The notes below the pieces were generated by a model, which was not told the origin of the DNA, searched no databases, and saw only the letters and a program-made list of their open reading frames with translations. The translations under genes and the position numbers were made by a program. From Phallusia mammillata (taxonomy: Eukaryota), in the NCBI GenBank assembly GCA_965637545.1, contig OZ281501.1, forward strand, positions 19,530,001-19,594,000: 64,000 nucleotides of DNA, written 5' to 3'. Of the stretch, positions 24,536 through 38,394 are shown in pieces (positions within the stretch are counted from its first letter, which is position 1; each line of letters opens with the position of its first letter).

Positions 24536-24847
24536 CTCTAGTTTGGTGAGACATGCTGAAAATTCTTGTCACACCTATTTAGTGTGCACTGTCTGCATCT
24601 TATCATTTATTGGCTCTATGCTTTTACATTAATATTGTTTTGAGTTTGTTGAAATACGCTTAGCAATAACCAACGAACTCATTGTAATGGCTTGTGTTTG
24701 TTACAGCGCGAAAATAGATACAGTGGAACACAAAAATAAAACTATGATGCGAAGTCAGTAATTATTCATACATTGCAGTTTTAAACAAAACAAAGAACTT
24801 TAATTGTCGCAAATTTTTACTCACATTAAATTTTTGCGAGGTGGAAA

Positions 24848-27800
24848 TTATTTTTTAAATATTTGACTGACGGAAAGTTGACGTTCGAAATCTCGTTTAT
24901 ATTTGGTTCTGACGTATCTTGCTCTCCTTGCGTCTTCGTAAGCTTTTCGTGGGTCGGGCAGACGGTGAACCATTCGGACTCTGTCATCACAAATTTCAGT
25001 TTTAGATAATTTCAACATAGCTGTCTTTACTGCATAGGTTGGCACGTGTACACCAAGTGATGTGGAAGTTTGTATTTGTAAACATCTTTGGTAAAATTTA
25101 AACTAGTTTTAGAAAGTTGTTCTGTGTTTGTTATGACGTAGTAAGCCTAAAACCCATTCTACACGCATGATTCTGTGTCATTTCTATCCAAATCAGATGA
25201 CATTAACCACTATTGTAGCAAAAATGTTGGCACGCTAAAGCAAGATTCACACCAGACGCGGTTGGCGGATAGCGACGCATTTTTGCGTTCGACGGCAAGC
25301 GACGGGGTATTCACACCAGACAGCGACTTGCCGTGACGGCGTGATTTTCTCGGTTGAAACGGCTGACGGCAAAGTTAAATCGGATTTAACTTTTCCGTCA
25401 GCCGCGCTAGACTGCTGGATGAAAAACTTGATATTCGGCGGGTGCTCGACTTGTTTATGATACATTTCTGCCTGATTTAGGTCTTTTTGTTTGTAGGTGG
25501 GTTGTTTTATTTTTATTTACCAGGAAAATAAGAATAGAGTTAATCTTGTTTTCATTGTTTTTTGGCTGTTTTTAGCAAATTAGTTTGAAATGGTCGTTTA
25601 ATATTTTTGTAAACAGTTTGAAATTAAATACTGAACAAAAACCCACTAAATTTTCTTACCAGTGGCTTAAAGAACTTTTATTTACAGCTTTTTGTTTAGT
25701 CTTGGGCTGGTCAATTTCAATTTAACTGGTCATTTTTAATGAAATTATTTTGCAATTATGTAACCACGAACCACGACTTTGCAAAAAGAAAAGTACAAGA
25801 GAGGTGCTGCTGTTGAAATCTTATCAGGAAGGAAACACTATTCATATGAGCCTATGTGTAGATAAATTTTGGTATAAGTTCTAAATGTATTGCTCCTTTA
25901 ACAACTTTGATTTGTTGCAGAAGTGTAGGAACGTTTCCTAATCTACATGTCTATGACTAATTCAACAACTCCAGTGCATCTGTTCAATAAACTTCGAAAA
26001 GAAAACGTTGTATATGGATTTTCAGGTTGGTATACTTGAATAAAAATGTAGTTTCTGCTGATCAACTGTTCCATATATATTTCCATAGAGTTCAATATAT
26101 GAATTTATGACATGTTTGTCAGACTATAGAAAGCAATTTCCCAATAAAAACCTCATTCAACATCACTGAGCAAATCGATGAAGCTGCAAACTTCAGAAAA
26201 GTATGCCACAAGCCAAAGAATACCAGTTTTCTTCTTGCATTTGACAACATCTAGCATCATTGTGATTGTGCAACAATGTGCAAGTTTATTTATGTACATG
26301 CATCTTTTTACATAGAAGCTTTTTTTGTGTGTTGTTTTATGATTGCTTTCTTTGTGTTTCTGCAATCTTGTCTTTTCTAAAATGTGTTTGTTTATGTTAT
26401 TGCTATTATATTACCAACTTTGAAACATAAAGTGTCTTTAAAACAGGGAAGTGTGTTTCAACAGCAATGACAGAAGTAAACTAAATCCAATATTGCTGTT
26501 GCAATTGTTTTTGGAAACATTTTACCGTGGAATGATGATCAACGTTATATTTTGTCACAAAATAAACTAAACGGAATTTTGTAGCAACTTTCTTAAGACG
26601 TAGAAACACTAAATATGTCGAGCACATTGACCTAGTTTTCTTTGCAACAAAATCGTCGACGGCAACCGCACTGCCGGTGTGAAGGGCCAACGACGTTACG
26701 CGCAAAATCCGCCAACAACCGCCGGCGCTGACAGCGCTAGCCGCCACCGTCAACCGCGTCTGGTGTGCAGAGCCCTTAAGCCATTACAAAATAAACATGA
26801 CAAGTAACTTGACACGCGGTGTTTGTTGCCTTTGCTAGTTTGTTACTGCAAGCGCATTGAATTTCTGTGTCACACACTCTGTGTGGAAACGAACGTATCA
26901 CATACAAGTACCTTCCATCGGGGGCGTAAAAGTCTGCGTTGAACGTGTTTGCATCGTTTGGGACGTTTTGAGGTTTTATCTGCGAAATGTGGTAAAGATA
27001 AGTTTGTGGCTACAGGTTCAATCGCACCCAAACAAGTAATATGAAAACGAACCTCCGGTATTGATGACGGGACCACTTCGGGCGTGTCTTCGAAAACGTC
27101 ATCGCCTTGTGTGACGTCACCTGTTGTTACGTCATCACCAGTGTTACGTGGCGTGACGTCAGGCAGTCGGACAACCCCGTTGTGTTTTTCGGCGAATTCG
27201 TCTCGGAGAAATCGCATGTGTCGTAGATTTGGCGGAACTGATATCGAAACTGAAATTACAAATAAGTTACTTTGAGCTGGCTGCCACGAAACACGTGTAG
27301 AGGCATTATTGTGAAGCAAGTTTCATGTGCTTGTATTATTGGTGAATAACGGCCCAAATAGACGTAAAAAGTGACATGCTTTATTTTCCAAACGTTAGAC
27401 GTAAAAAGTGACATGCTTTATTTTCCAAATGCTCATGCAATCATCAGTGACATGAGAGGCCACATCAGTTTCGTTATGACTTTGACTGTTGATTTGTATT
27501 GGTGAGATATTTGATGGAAGTTTAACTCACATTTCCGTTTGCTTGAGTTTCTGACAGACCACGAGTTAACTCTGTCTTGAATCTGTTCGTTCTGTTTTTT
27601 CTGTTGCTTCAGTTTCTTCTTTCTTCGTCTTTCCGCGACGGGATCCTCGTCATTATCGAGATTGTAAAATAGGCTGCAACGTATGAACGTAATTCGTCAT
27701 AAAGTGGTTAATTTTTACCTTTGAAATTTACGAGAGAGTCTGGGTTAAAATTTTACATCGAAGAAAACTCGTAAAGTTTATGTGGATTTATTGTCTGGAA

Positions 27801-28834
27801 ATGATTAATTTCTCCCGGAAAACTTGTTGCTTTCCTGATCGCTCCAGTAAAAAAAACAACTCAACTGACTCAAGCAACTCACTCGAGTGACTTTTCGAGT
27901 TCTTTTGCTGTTTTGTGGTGGTTTTTGTTCGATCCTGGGGCACTCTGGTATTAAGTAATTTCTGCCGTATCCTGGAATCGACAAAACACATTAAAGTGTA
28001 TTCATGGAGAAAACAAAATATTTACACAAACCGTTGTCAATTTGCGCGAGTGTTGGTTGATTTTTGATCGCGGAATTTTCTCGGCTGTTTTCAAGTTGTG
28101 GCTCTGCAAGGTGGATGACACCTGCGTACCGGAAGTTTAAGTTAATTCACATCAATACCTACCACTGGAGGTCGCCTACCGTGTTTGCGGGCTCCCATTT
28201 CCTTTGCTGTTTTCGCTTCTTCCAACAACTTCAAATTTCTCAATTCTCTCTTGAGCATTGTCTGTTCCCGTTTGATCTGAGCCATATGATATCTATGTCG
28301 AAATATGCTGGTTAGTTTGCAGTAAGTTCAGCTGGTTGGTCGGGTTGGGGCGTGTGAAAAATATCATCAACTATCTGTACTTATTACACAATCTATGATT
28401 TCATGCGTTTAGGTGATAACGAAGTTAACAAAGTTGCCGGTACATTGGTCAGTTTACATTTTAATGACAATATTTACAGTGATTTGGTGAATATTGTTTA
28501 AGTTTGTTAAAATCACTTGGCCCACTGGGAGCCTAGCAACAAAAACGTTGCCAGTACGTCGATATATTTAAATTATATTCGTCAGGATTTCACCGCCATC
28601 TTTGCTGTTGAAGCGACCGAGTGGAAACCAGTCACGTGGAATGTTTGCATAAGCCCAATTCACTCATGTACATTCTATATGCAGTTGAACAACACTTGAG
28701 ACAAGATATTACCTCATTTCGTCATCGATGCCTCCTACGTCATTGAAACGGCGTGCTAGCCTCGCATCAGCCCTTTTGCTGGCTTGTCTTGCAGCTTCGC
28801 TCCGCTTGAAAATATCATTATTGAATCTCTTCAT
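24848..28834 (-). CDS. CCDC190: CCDC190-like coiled-coil protein, 8 coding exons, about 319 aa
   Basis: Exons 28834-28713, 28307-28163, 28121-28032, 27944-27883, 27673-27531, 27249-27053, 26979-26912 and 24980-24848, with consistent phases. The N-terminus (ARQASKRADARL..YHMAQIKREQTMLKREL) and C-terminus (YEDARRARYVR...ERQLSVSQIF) resemble the two conserved blocks I recall from CCDC190. The middle exons are less certain. Confidence 0.65.
25239..26776. mobile_element. Non-autonomous PIF/Harbinger-like DNA element (1.5 kb) in the last CCDC190-like intron
   Basis: Terminal inverted repeat core cacaccagacgcggttg(g/a)cgg at both ends, a TAA target duplication at 25236-25238 and 26777-26779, and GC-rich subterminal regions. 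No transposase ORF was seen. Confidence 0.7.
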
Positions 28835-31800
28835 TGTCCACAACAATCGGCTTGTTCTTATTCTAACAGTTGCTTATTTTTGTTACGTAACAACAGATAT
28901 CGCGAAAATGTGCTGGGCTGAAATCACATGAACTGATGTGAAAAAGAAAAAACTCGACTATTGCGTTACAAAAGGACATTCTACTTAACATTGTTTTTGA
29001 CAACAACATTCGCGAAGCACCACTAAACTGAAACTAATGACAACTAAATGACTTTCGTCCACAAACAGCCATAAACCTTTTTCGATTTCATTCACGTCAT
29101 ATGTGATTGTTACGCTCACAACAGGTGGTTATGACGTCACAAAGCCTTCGCGTTAGAAGTTAATGGAAGTTCGCGAAGCAACAAATAAAGTCGTAATTTG
29201 CGTGTCCGATTTTCTTCCGCTTCAGCTATTCCTACTTTCCACTTCACATTAAATCACTTTCAGTTAACTTGTAACTTGTAACTCTCCTGTGGTCAACTTT
29301 TGATTCAATACTTCAATAATACGTTCATCAAAACTGCGTTTTCTTGTCTTAGCTGGTAACTCGTCTCAAAACCTTCCCTTGCAATTCTGTGCGAATCCCA
29401 TCAGACCAAACAACGTTGACAAAAGCCACCGCTCCGTTTATATTTGTCTGGTAAATATTTACAGAGCGCAATAAAACATTCAATCTCGGTCGCATCGACC
29501 TCGCAGAGTCGGTACCTACTTTCCCAGCTTTGCTACGTCACAATCCGCGAAACCTTCTCGGATTGTGACAAAACTTTAACTGGTTGTTTTTGGTTGTTTC
29601 GTCATAGGGCTTGAGCGCGGAATCGATTTTTGATTGGTTGGGACAATTCGTGTTGTTAAAAGCTCCCCTTCATATTGTTGTTGTAACCTCCTGCCCGAAC
29701 CGGGCCACTGTAAAAATATTCGCTCTCCAATTATGTCTGGTATGCTTGTAATGGTTTCACCTCATTACTACGTTGAAACGAAATAACTTAATCAACTGTT
29801 CTTTTCTTATAGACGGAAACTGACGATGCCTTCTAAATAGGCGAAATAAATATTTCTGCAAATAGAAGATTACACTGACGCTGATCGTATGCCGCTGTTT
29901 TTCAGTATATTTTGTACATCAACTGTAACAAGTGCGGAATTTCAACTAAACCTTTAGTCACGTCTGACGTGGGTTTCTGTAGAAATCAACGATACAACTT
30001 TGAAACAATTTGTCATCTACTTTCTAGGTTGATCAAGTCGTCTTGCTCTAACATGATATTATCCACGGCGGGTCTTGTTGAGGTTTCAAAACAGTTGGCG
30101 GTGATTATAAGCGCGCAGTTTTGTAAACATGCGTTTGTAATTGTCTGAATGTAACTGGACACGGCAAATACTTACGGGTTTATGACATAGGCATGTTTAC
30201 GTTACTTGATACGTTTGTAAGTTAGTGTATTGAATAATGCGAGCATAAACAGCCGGAAATCACTTTATTAAGCACTCCAATCAAACGCAGCGTTTTGTTA
30301 AGAAAAACATTACAAATCACCTGTTCCTCCTGTTTTGTCCGAATTAGACAAAGATCCGGATTAACAAAATCATTCCATGTCCGAAATTTTAGCCTCTATA
30401 ACACTACAATTTTTTTTGACCGAAATTGTCTTCACGGGAAGATATAAGCGAAGGGGAATAAATGCCTCATCACATTAATATTCGAAACCGATTGCTTGGT
30501 TTTTTCCTTATTTTAGCGAACAACGATGTTTAGGGCGGTTTACGATTTCTTTTGTCTATGCGGTTTTGATACACAATGCTATAAAACATAATATGGCCCC
30601 AGTTCGGTATGTTTTCAATCAAGCTGTAGAACACGGTATATAAAGCACTATTTATAAAAAAATGTCAAGAATTTGCTCACTTATATATGGCAAGCTTATT
30701 GTAGATGGGTTTGATAGTCGATTAATTGGTGAAAGGACGTCCGTACTATGCACTAACATTCGGAAACCCGATTTATAAATGCCCGACTTTAAATGCCGAG
30801 GAAATCTGACGCAAAATTTATTACATCATTCGGTCGTTTTTAGCCTTTATAGAGCGCTTAATTACTATAATTGTGATGGATAATTTGACACTAGCAATTT
30901 AGCAAAAAATTGCTCTAAGCGAAGTTTTTTTAGTTTTGCAACAAAGTGTTAAATCTCCTGGTTTAAATTCTAGCTTTTTTCGTGAGTACTGCTAAAAGGA
31001 ATATAAAATATAACATAGTTTTCTTTGGAGGAAATAAATCAAGGCTACGTCTAAAAGGGTAAGTGGGGATAAGCGACAAAAAGTTTTACTTTGCATTGAT
31101 AAAAAAGGGTGTGGACTTTGTTTTGAATCAAATGCTTAAAAAATGGTTTGAATTATTTAGTTCTTGGTTTAACCAAGCTAGATAGGGTAAAGTTAAAGAC
31201 GGGTTTCATGAGCAATTTATTTAGACAACATCGCTTTGTGTAATTTATGAATGCTACACTGTGACATCACATTCACAATTACGTACTTAGAATAAACAGT
31301 AATTAACTTTCAGGTAAGGCAGGAGGTGCAGTCGGCGTGTTGCTGGAGTAATCAGTGCAACGTAACGTTTTAGGCAAGTTTTGCTTGAGGCAAGCGCTTC
31401 AACATTTGCAGTCTGTTCCGACTTCAGTTTTGCTGTGAGGTGTTGGGCTGCAGTTAAATGGAGTTTGTAAGATTTGTTGTACCACAGTTTAGTTTAAATG
31501 TAGTGAATACATTTTGCAGGCATTTCTGCATTTTAAAAACATGTGATTTTTGCAGAACAGTTTATTTCTCTTCTTAAATTTTGTACTGAATACATTCTCT
31601 TTTGGATATATTTTCTATCACATATATTTTCGAAGGATATATTCGCCGAGGTTAAAAACATGGAGCCCTAATGGTTGAAATGTAAGTGAACTTTCCAAAT
31701 ATAATTGGTAACAATTTATTAAATTTTTTGTTTAGTGAAGCAAACATGAATAATAATTGCACAACATTTGTCAAACGTTTCAAACATTATCATAACAATG

Positions 31801-31935
31801 TTGTTTATTACACATGAAATTGTCATTTTTAAATTATAGCTAGCACTTAAATTATTTGTCGTTATACATTATTTATGATTTCTTTTTACATCATGTACAA
31901 AATATTGAAAATTTTTTCACAGTGGTTTGATTTGT

Positions 31936-34624
31936 TTAGAAAAGTTGTTGCATGAAAAATCCAATGATCGCTAGGACCGATACAATCATCAGGTTTTGAA
32001 GTGGTCGATTGGAAGCATTCATCCCTGAAATAAGTAAGATGTTTTTTCAGTTACCAGTGGAAAGCAAAAACATGATTTATTACAATACCATAATATTGGA
32101 TTGCATACAATTGTCAGATGGGAGGTTAATTTTGTTCGGTTTATTAGAAGTGGTTTGAAAAGATCGTTTTTGTGGTGTTTGTAAATTACCCTAATTGTCG
32201 GTTTACCGGATAATTGGTTTTGAATTATTGTTTTTGCGTTTTTTTGGTGTTGGTAAGATACCTTGGTTGCAGCCGTCCAAGATGCATGTTTTGTTGCATT
32301 CCATAAAAGTTGTTTGGTCGATCACACTTTCTGAACATCCGTTGCCGATTTCAACATGCGCACAACCCCGGGTGATTGACCTTGTGTAACCTGTGCGACC
32401 GTGCAGAACTTGACCTGGAAATATTGTTGGTTGTCAGCATTAGGTGTTAAGGCATATCTCACTGGTTGCTATGGGCGACACGAACCTGTTAAATCGCCCG
32501 ACTTTCCGATATCGTGGTAGTAACACCGAGACATAAACGGCCAAACACATTGTGTGGGGGCGGGAGGGTTGAACAGACATTCGTCATAACCATCAGCAGT
32601 GCCGGACGATGAACATTGACTGCACGTGGGACGGTTGGCTGCAAATTTAAAAGTCATACTGTTAAGAGTATACAAGTAGTTTTGTGAACGAACACTATAT
32701 TGTGGTCAGTTTGATTTTGGCCATCGTAGGTTAATTACAGGAGTTATTTTGATTTTTGCGCTGAATAGAAAAACCGCAGAACTTACGCCACCCGATGTTA
32801 CATCCGTCGATTTGACAGCTTTCCTGACAAACTGTTTTGTAGCCGCTTGTTGTTCCTAGTTGGGTTTCTGTGCATTGCGCAGTGAGGGCGCTTGTTCCGC
32901 ATCCACGCTCGATCGAAACGAACTTGTATTCAGGCAAAGCTGGAAAAAAATATCGATGTAAAGTTGTGGATAGCGTTACTGAAACACCGCGCAAAAAACT
33001 TCCAAAAAAGCAAAAACATAGTTGCTAACGCTAGTGCTAAAGCGCTTGTAACTTTCTACCTTCGTTGGTGCTGAGGTCGGTCTTGTTGGAAGTGTAATAA
33101 GTCGTTGTCGCATAGCAGTGTGTGGACGCAGCGGGGCAGAGTGTCCTGCTGACAGTTGACGATGCGCAACTACCCGAGTCAATTACATCTGTGCACTGGA
33201 GGCAGTATAGAGCAGTTATTTCACTTCCATCCAATAATCCGTTTGCTGCGGAAATAAATTTTCAGTTATGCGTGTTGTGGACGTTTAGTTTTCATGTTGT
33301 GCAAGTTACGTGTTGCTGTGTTGCAGTTGTCAGTTGCGCACGTGCTTACGCATGTGTATTCGTTATATGCGCTGTACTGAGGGTCGGTAGGAGTGGAGAA
33401 AAAGCATTCATCTCTGTAGTTTAGCTCAGTAGCGCAGCCTCTCACAGCCCTGGTACGCACCACATTTTCACCTGCGCAAAAAAATCATTTTTTTTTCTGC
33501 TTGACCTCACATATCTTGCATCAACTTACTGTCGTCAAAGAGGGTCGTGTGAGTTGTGGTGCAGTAGTTTTGTGTTGTAAGTGGACAAGTGCTTCCTGTG
33601 GTTCTGCTTGCACAAGTGGAGTCAGTTTCTTCATCGCATTGAACACAACTACGAAATGCTGAGGTTGAAACTGTGCAAAAAATGTTTATCATTTAATTAA
33701 CAACTGGTAGGGGCTTTTCCAAATCTGCGCTTTATGTGTAGATGAAAAGGCAAAGCACTGATAAAGTTACCTGTGGTTGAACAGTCCGCTCCAGTGAATC
33801 CCGAGTTACACATGCAAGTTCCCGTAAAATAATCGCAGTTCCCTTGTCCTAAGTCGTTTGAGCAGTTGCTCTGGCAAACCTGAAGATTGTCTGCAATCGA
33901 AATATCCGAAGTTAATTTAGAATCATTCCTGCTTCGAAGTAATGTTTAACTCCATGTTTATGTTTTATTTATGACTGCACTAATTTCAAGTAATATTTAA
34001 AACAAGTAAAGTTAGGTCTTTTTGGGATTAGGACGAACTAACGGTTTGAGCTTACTTGTTGTCACCGTGTTGCAGTTGTTCGTTGTACATGATTGTTGGC
34101 ATGTTGTTCTTTCCACACCATTGTTGAATGATGTTGAGCATTTTGTGGTTGTTGGAGCACCAGTTTCAGTTGTAACTGGATCGCTTGATCCGTCATAACA
34201 TCCACGCTGGACACTCACCACTAAACCTGAACGGTAACACAAGCATGTAAAAATATTTTCGAAATGCTCTGGTTTTTAGGTCTTTATAATTTCGTCCGCA
34301 GCTAAAGGTTTGCAAATATGTGAAAGACTAACAGCAATTTGCGGCCTACCGTCATCTATCTCAAAAGTTGCGTGGCAATATGGAGAGCTTGTGGTTGGGC
34401 ACGTGATGAATGCGACGCTTGTAGCTCTGTCGTAACAATCGTTGTTGATGTAAGGCTCTCCGTTGAAGTAAGATTGGGAACAAAACCGACAGGTCCTTGT
34501 GATTTGTCCTGGTAAAACCCAATGCATCGAGTTAACTGGTGAACCAAAACACAAACATTTCATGTAACTCACCATTTACGAGCACCAAAGAAACCGCAAA
34601 GATTGTCAACAACAACAACTTCAT
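31936..34624 (-). CDS. Array copy A (divergent): signal peptide + LU1 + EGF + LU2 + LU3 + LU4 + GPI-type tail, about 521 aa
   Basis: Eleven exons: 34624-34573 (MKLLLLTIFAVSLVLVNG), 34535-34350, 34226-34056, 33890-33771 (EGF), 33670-33530, 33471-33310, 33245-33060, 32939-32787, 32638-32486 (donor least certain), 32414-32262 and 32024-31936 (GMNASNRPLQNLMIVSVLAIIGFFMQQLF*). All introns are phase 1. Each LU domain reads CxxC..C..C..C..RGC..C..CxxxCxxxxCN. Confidence 0.85.
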
Positions 34625-36033
34625 TTTTTCAAATAACCAGTTTACAACTATCACCTAATCCTACTTCTGCAAAACAAAACACATATTGCTATAAACCAGA
34701 ATAAGGTTATGAACAAAACGTTTCCACCAGCGCTCTGCCTTCGACAAAGTTCTGATTTATCTGTTTAATCACAAAATGCCTACATTTCTACTCCTCTGAC
34801 ACAAACTTGCATTTTCTGTCTACATTGAACTAAAACGTAGAAAATCGAAATGTTTGCTAGTACGAAAAATAAATTATCGCGCGTGCTGAGACTGCTCGGA
34901 CCCACCCTGCTTGCTTTCAATCTCCAAGCTTAAACTAAAGTGGTTATTTGTAATTACCTGAGTTGATCTTGCATTTATGTCATAAAGCAAGTTTTTTAAT
35001 CACAAACTCCGCGTTAGTATTTTGTGCGTCATAAAACCTCGTTGGTTTCAACACTCCCTGAATAAACTTGACTCTCGATTAGCATTAACTCTTGCACTAA
35101 TACTACTTTCACAACACTAGAATAACGTTTGCCAAGCCATGGTGTAAACTTGGTCACCACTATGGGTAGACAGAGAGATATGTTTTGCGCATACAACGTT
35201 GTGACAATGTATGAGAAGCTTACCTTCCAAGGTACCTGCAAAAAAATATTTAACCAAACTTAATATCATGAAATTATTCAGATTAAGTGCTTTTATATGG
35301 GGTCGCGTGAAACTTAAGGTGTTGTTTTGTTAAAGTATATTTTGAAATTACCCATGCATTTAGCAAGCATTTAGCTTTTTGACGGAAGATTAGCATTAAT
35401 GCTGTATTAAATAATGCTTATACATGTTGTTAGAATGTTATCACTGTGGTTCAGGTTTTTCGTTGGTGATGTTTACCATTTTAGTACATATGTTCGATGT
35501 TCAACATTTAGTATGTACAACGGACAATATTAAAATGTGTCGCTGAAATCTAAAGGCTTTAGCCCGAAAAACAAAAATGTGTTTGGCATACAGCCTACAA
35601 AACTGGTGCAATTATTGCGCACAGAAGATTAGCAACTTTATAATCTTCTAAACAAACTGCAAATTAGCTTTTCAGAACATTGGATACTACTGTTGGTTTA
35701 TTAAATTCAAACTTCTTGAACAAAATTATATATATAACATGCAATAATTACAATCTCAAAATTATAAAATGTGGGAAATTATCTACACTACGTGAACTAA
35801 CATTAGACAAACACATCAAATTATGTAAAATACACAGCAATGCACAAATAACAGAATTAAATTTTCATGCTCGTCGAAACTGAACAGTCCACTCCAGTTC
35901 TACATCCGGCAACAAATTATTCGCCTTCATTTGGAATCGGAGAGGTGGAAACAACAATTGATGGGGAAATTGGTGAATTACTGAAATTACAGTGAGTGGT
36001 TGGTGGGATATTTACACTGAGTTGTTTGGTCGG

Positions 36034-38394
36034 TTAAGCGGTTTGCTGAAGAAGGTAGCCGAGCATAGCGGTGACAAGGATCACCAACACATTCTGCACT
36101 GGAGAAGTTGATCCGCTGCCTGTAACAGAGCGAGAAACAATTGAAGTTCATCAATGAAGTTTTTCCCTAGTGATGCAATATGCACAGAAATCCCGACCAA
36201 CGCGCATAACCGATATTTTAAATCAATATTATTCGAATATTATTCTTTAATATTGTGGGTTGAACAGTTTTTATCTACAATTTTTGGTTTGCGTAACAGA
36301 ACTTAAATATAGCGCACCTTGGTTGCATCCATGTCCTGTGCAGGTTCTGTTGCACATTCTGTAATCGATTCCATCAACAGTAGTCTCGTTGCAGCCGTTG
36401 CCTTGATCGAAGAAAGCGCATCCTCTGACGACTTCTGAAGTAAATCGTTCCTTTGAACTTTCCGGACCTAAACATTTTCACAACATGTACATTTTGGCCC
36501 CCAACCATTGTGATGCTCCTAAAATTTTAGTTTGCTTACCGATTTCCCTGACGAAGCAGTATTGGTGAGCAGGATTGGAGCAGACAGTTGCCACTGGTGG
36601 GTTTTTAAGGCAAATGTCGTATCCAGCCACAAGTCCGTCAAAGCTAGATGAAGATCTTTGAGTACTGCATTGCACACATCTGCTTCGGGTTGCTGTAAAA
36701 AAAATTGTGAACAAACTTTATTTTCCAATCTAGAAAGTTTTAAGGACGGAAGTAAAACTTACGAAATCCTACGTTGCATCCGTCTTCAGTGCAGCTTTCC
36801 TCGCAAGTCACTCTCAATGCGCTGCTTGTTCCAAGTGTTGCGTTCGTGCAAGAATTCACAGATGTTGTGGAATCACGGCATCCGCGTTCAATTGATTCAA
36901 TCCAAACATCGGGATTAGCTGAACAACAATCCACAATAAAGCACAAAGAAAGTTTGATTCAAACACGAACCACGTACCTTGGTGTCGAAGATCGCCTTTT
37001 TCCTGGTAGTAGTAGATAATTTTTGAGTAGCACTGATTCGCTGCACCTTGGCAAAGTGTTCTTCCGGTTGCGGTGGTGCATGAGTGAGAATTTCCGGTTC
37101 CTGTACATTGTACGCACTGGAGAGCTCTATCTGCGGCCGCTACAACTCCATCAGCTGCAAACATTCACTTGTCAACCTCGCTGTTTTCCATATTATTGCT
37201 TGTGCTTACGTGTTCCTGTGTTGCAGTCATCGGTCTGACAAGTACTGGTGCAGGTCTGTTCAGTGTGGTCGGTGAATCTGGTGTCAGAAGGGTTAGAAAA
37301 CTCGCATCGGTCTTGGAAGTTGTTGGTTGTTGTGCATCCGCGGGTTATTCGGCTCGCCACCACGGCCCCAACTAAAACATACGTGAATATATGAAAACAT
37401 AAAAGTTTTTTTTTCATCTGGACTGATCAAAACTTTTGTTCACTTACCGGTATCATACAGGGTAGTTCTAGTTGTTGTGCAGTAAACATTTGCAGCCGGC
37501 TGATTAATAGAGCAAGCTGTTCCTGCTGTTTTTGTGGCACAAGTGCTGTCAGTTTCCTGGGAGCATTGGACGCAAGAACGACGGGTAATTGTCACTGTGT
37601 GTAGAAAGTTGGATAAATTTGTAATGGTCGCAAATCTGATGTTAATATTTACCTGCAGTTGTACAATTAGTTCCCATGAAATCTCCCACACAAACACACT
37701 GACCAGTGAAGTAATTGCAATATCCGTTGTTCATGCATGTTGATGCGCATGACATCAAGCTGTCTATAAGTTAATAGTATCTATATTATCTTGTAATGTT
37801 TAGCGAGGTGGTATCAACTTACTCGGTGCGATCGTGTTGCAGTTATTAGTTGTACAAATATGGTAGCAAGTTGTCTCTGCAACATTGCTGTTGGCGCCGA
37901 ATACTGTGTTACACTTTGGCGATGCTGGGACGGTGTTTATTGTCGTGTCAAAGTCGGCAGGAGTTTCAGCATCTTGTCTGCTTCTCATCATCAGGCTCAG
38001 AACGCCTAAACAGATTTATCAAGACATGCAACTTCAAGTCCAGTAACGTAATTCACTTATTCTCACCGTCGCTGAACACACTTCTGGTTAAGCAATATGG
38101 AGTCATAGATGAAGTTACAGTTGGTGGGGTTAAGTTAGTTGCGTTGTCGTAGCAATGGTTGTTGGTCTGAGTCTGGTCAAAGAAGCCCGTTGTCGTGCAC
38201 TCTATACATGACCTGTTTGTTTGGCCTAAAAAATGTCGTTGTTAGAAATTGTTAGATGATCTTCCACCGCATATTAATATTTTTCAAGAACCTCAGACAT
38301 TTACATTATTTAACTTTTATTAACCTTAAAACTTACCATTCACAGAAACGAAGCAGGCAACCGCCATCATCACACAAACTGTCGACAACTTCAT
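36034..38394 (-). CDS. Array copy B: 4xLU + EGF GPI-type surface protein
   Basis: ATG at 38394 (MKLSTVCVMMAVACFVSVNG), the same 11-exon phase-1 layout, and a last exon 36119-36034 reading GSGSTSPVQNVLVILVTAMLGYLLQQTA*. Confidence 0.85.

Noticed and set aside
27358-27430. 38-bp direct repeat (similar 39-bp pair at about 20285-20360)
   Set aside because: These are simple two-copy intronic slippage duplications with no sign of function.
28500-28700. Coding-looking stretch inside CCDC190-like intron 1
   Set aside because: No acceptor gives an open in-phase exon, and exon 1 joins cleanly to 28307.
29000-31900. Intergenic region with CRE-like, CCAAT and isolated splice-donor-like motifs
   Set aside because: These short motifs are expected by chance, and I could not build a gene or structured RNA.
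35224-35235. Possible 12-nt micro-exon (cag|gtaccttggaag|gtaagc, minus strand) upstream of copy A
   Set aside because: The splice signals are good, but it lies upstream of the ATG and nothing else supports it. At most it is a 5'UTR exon.
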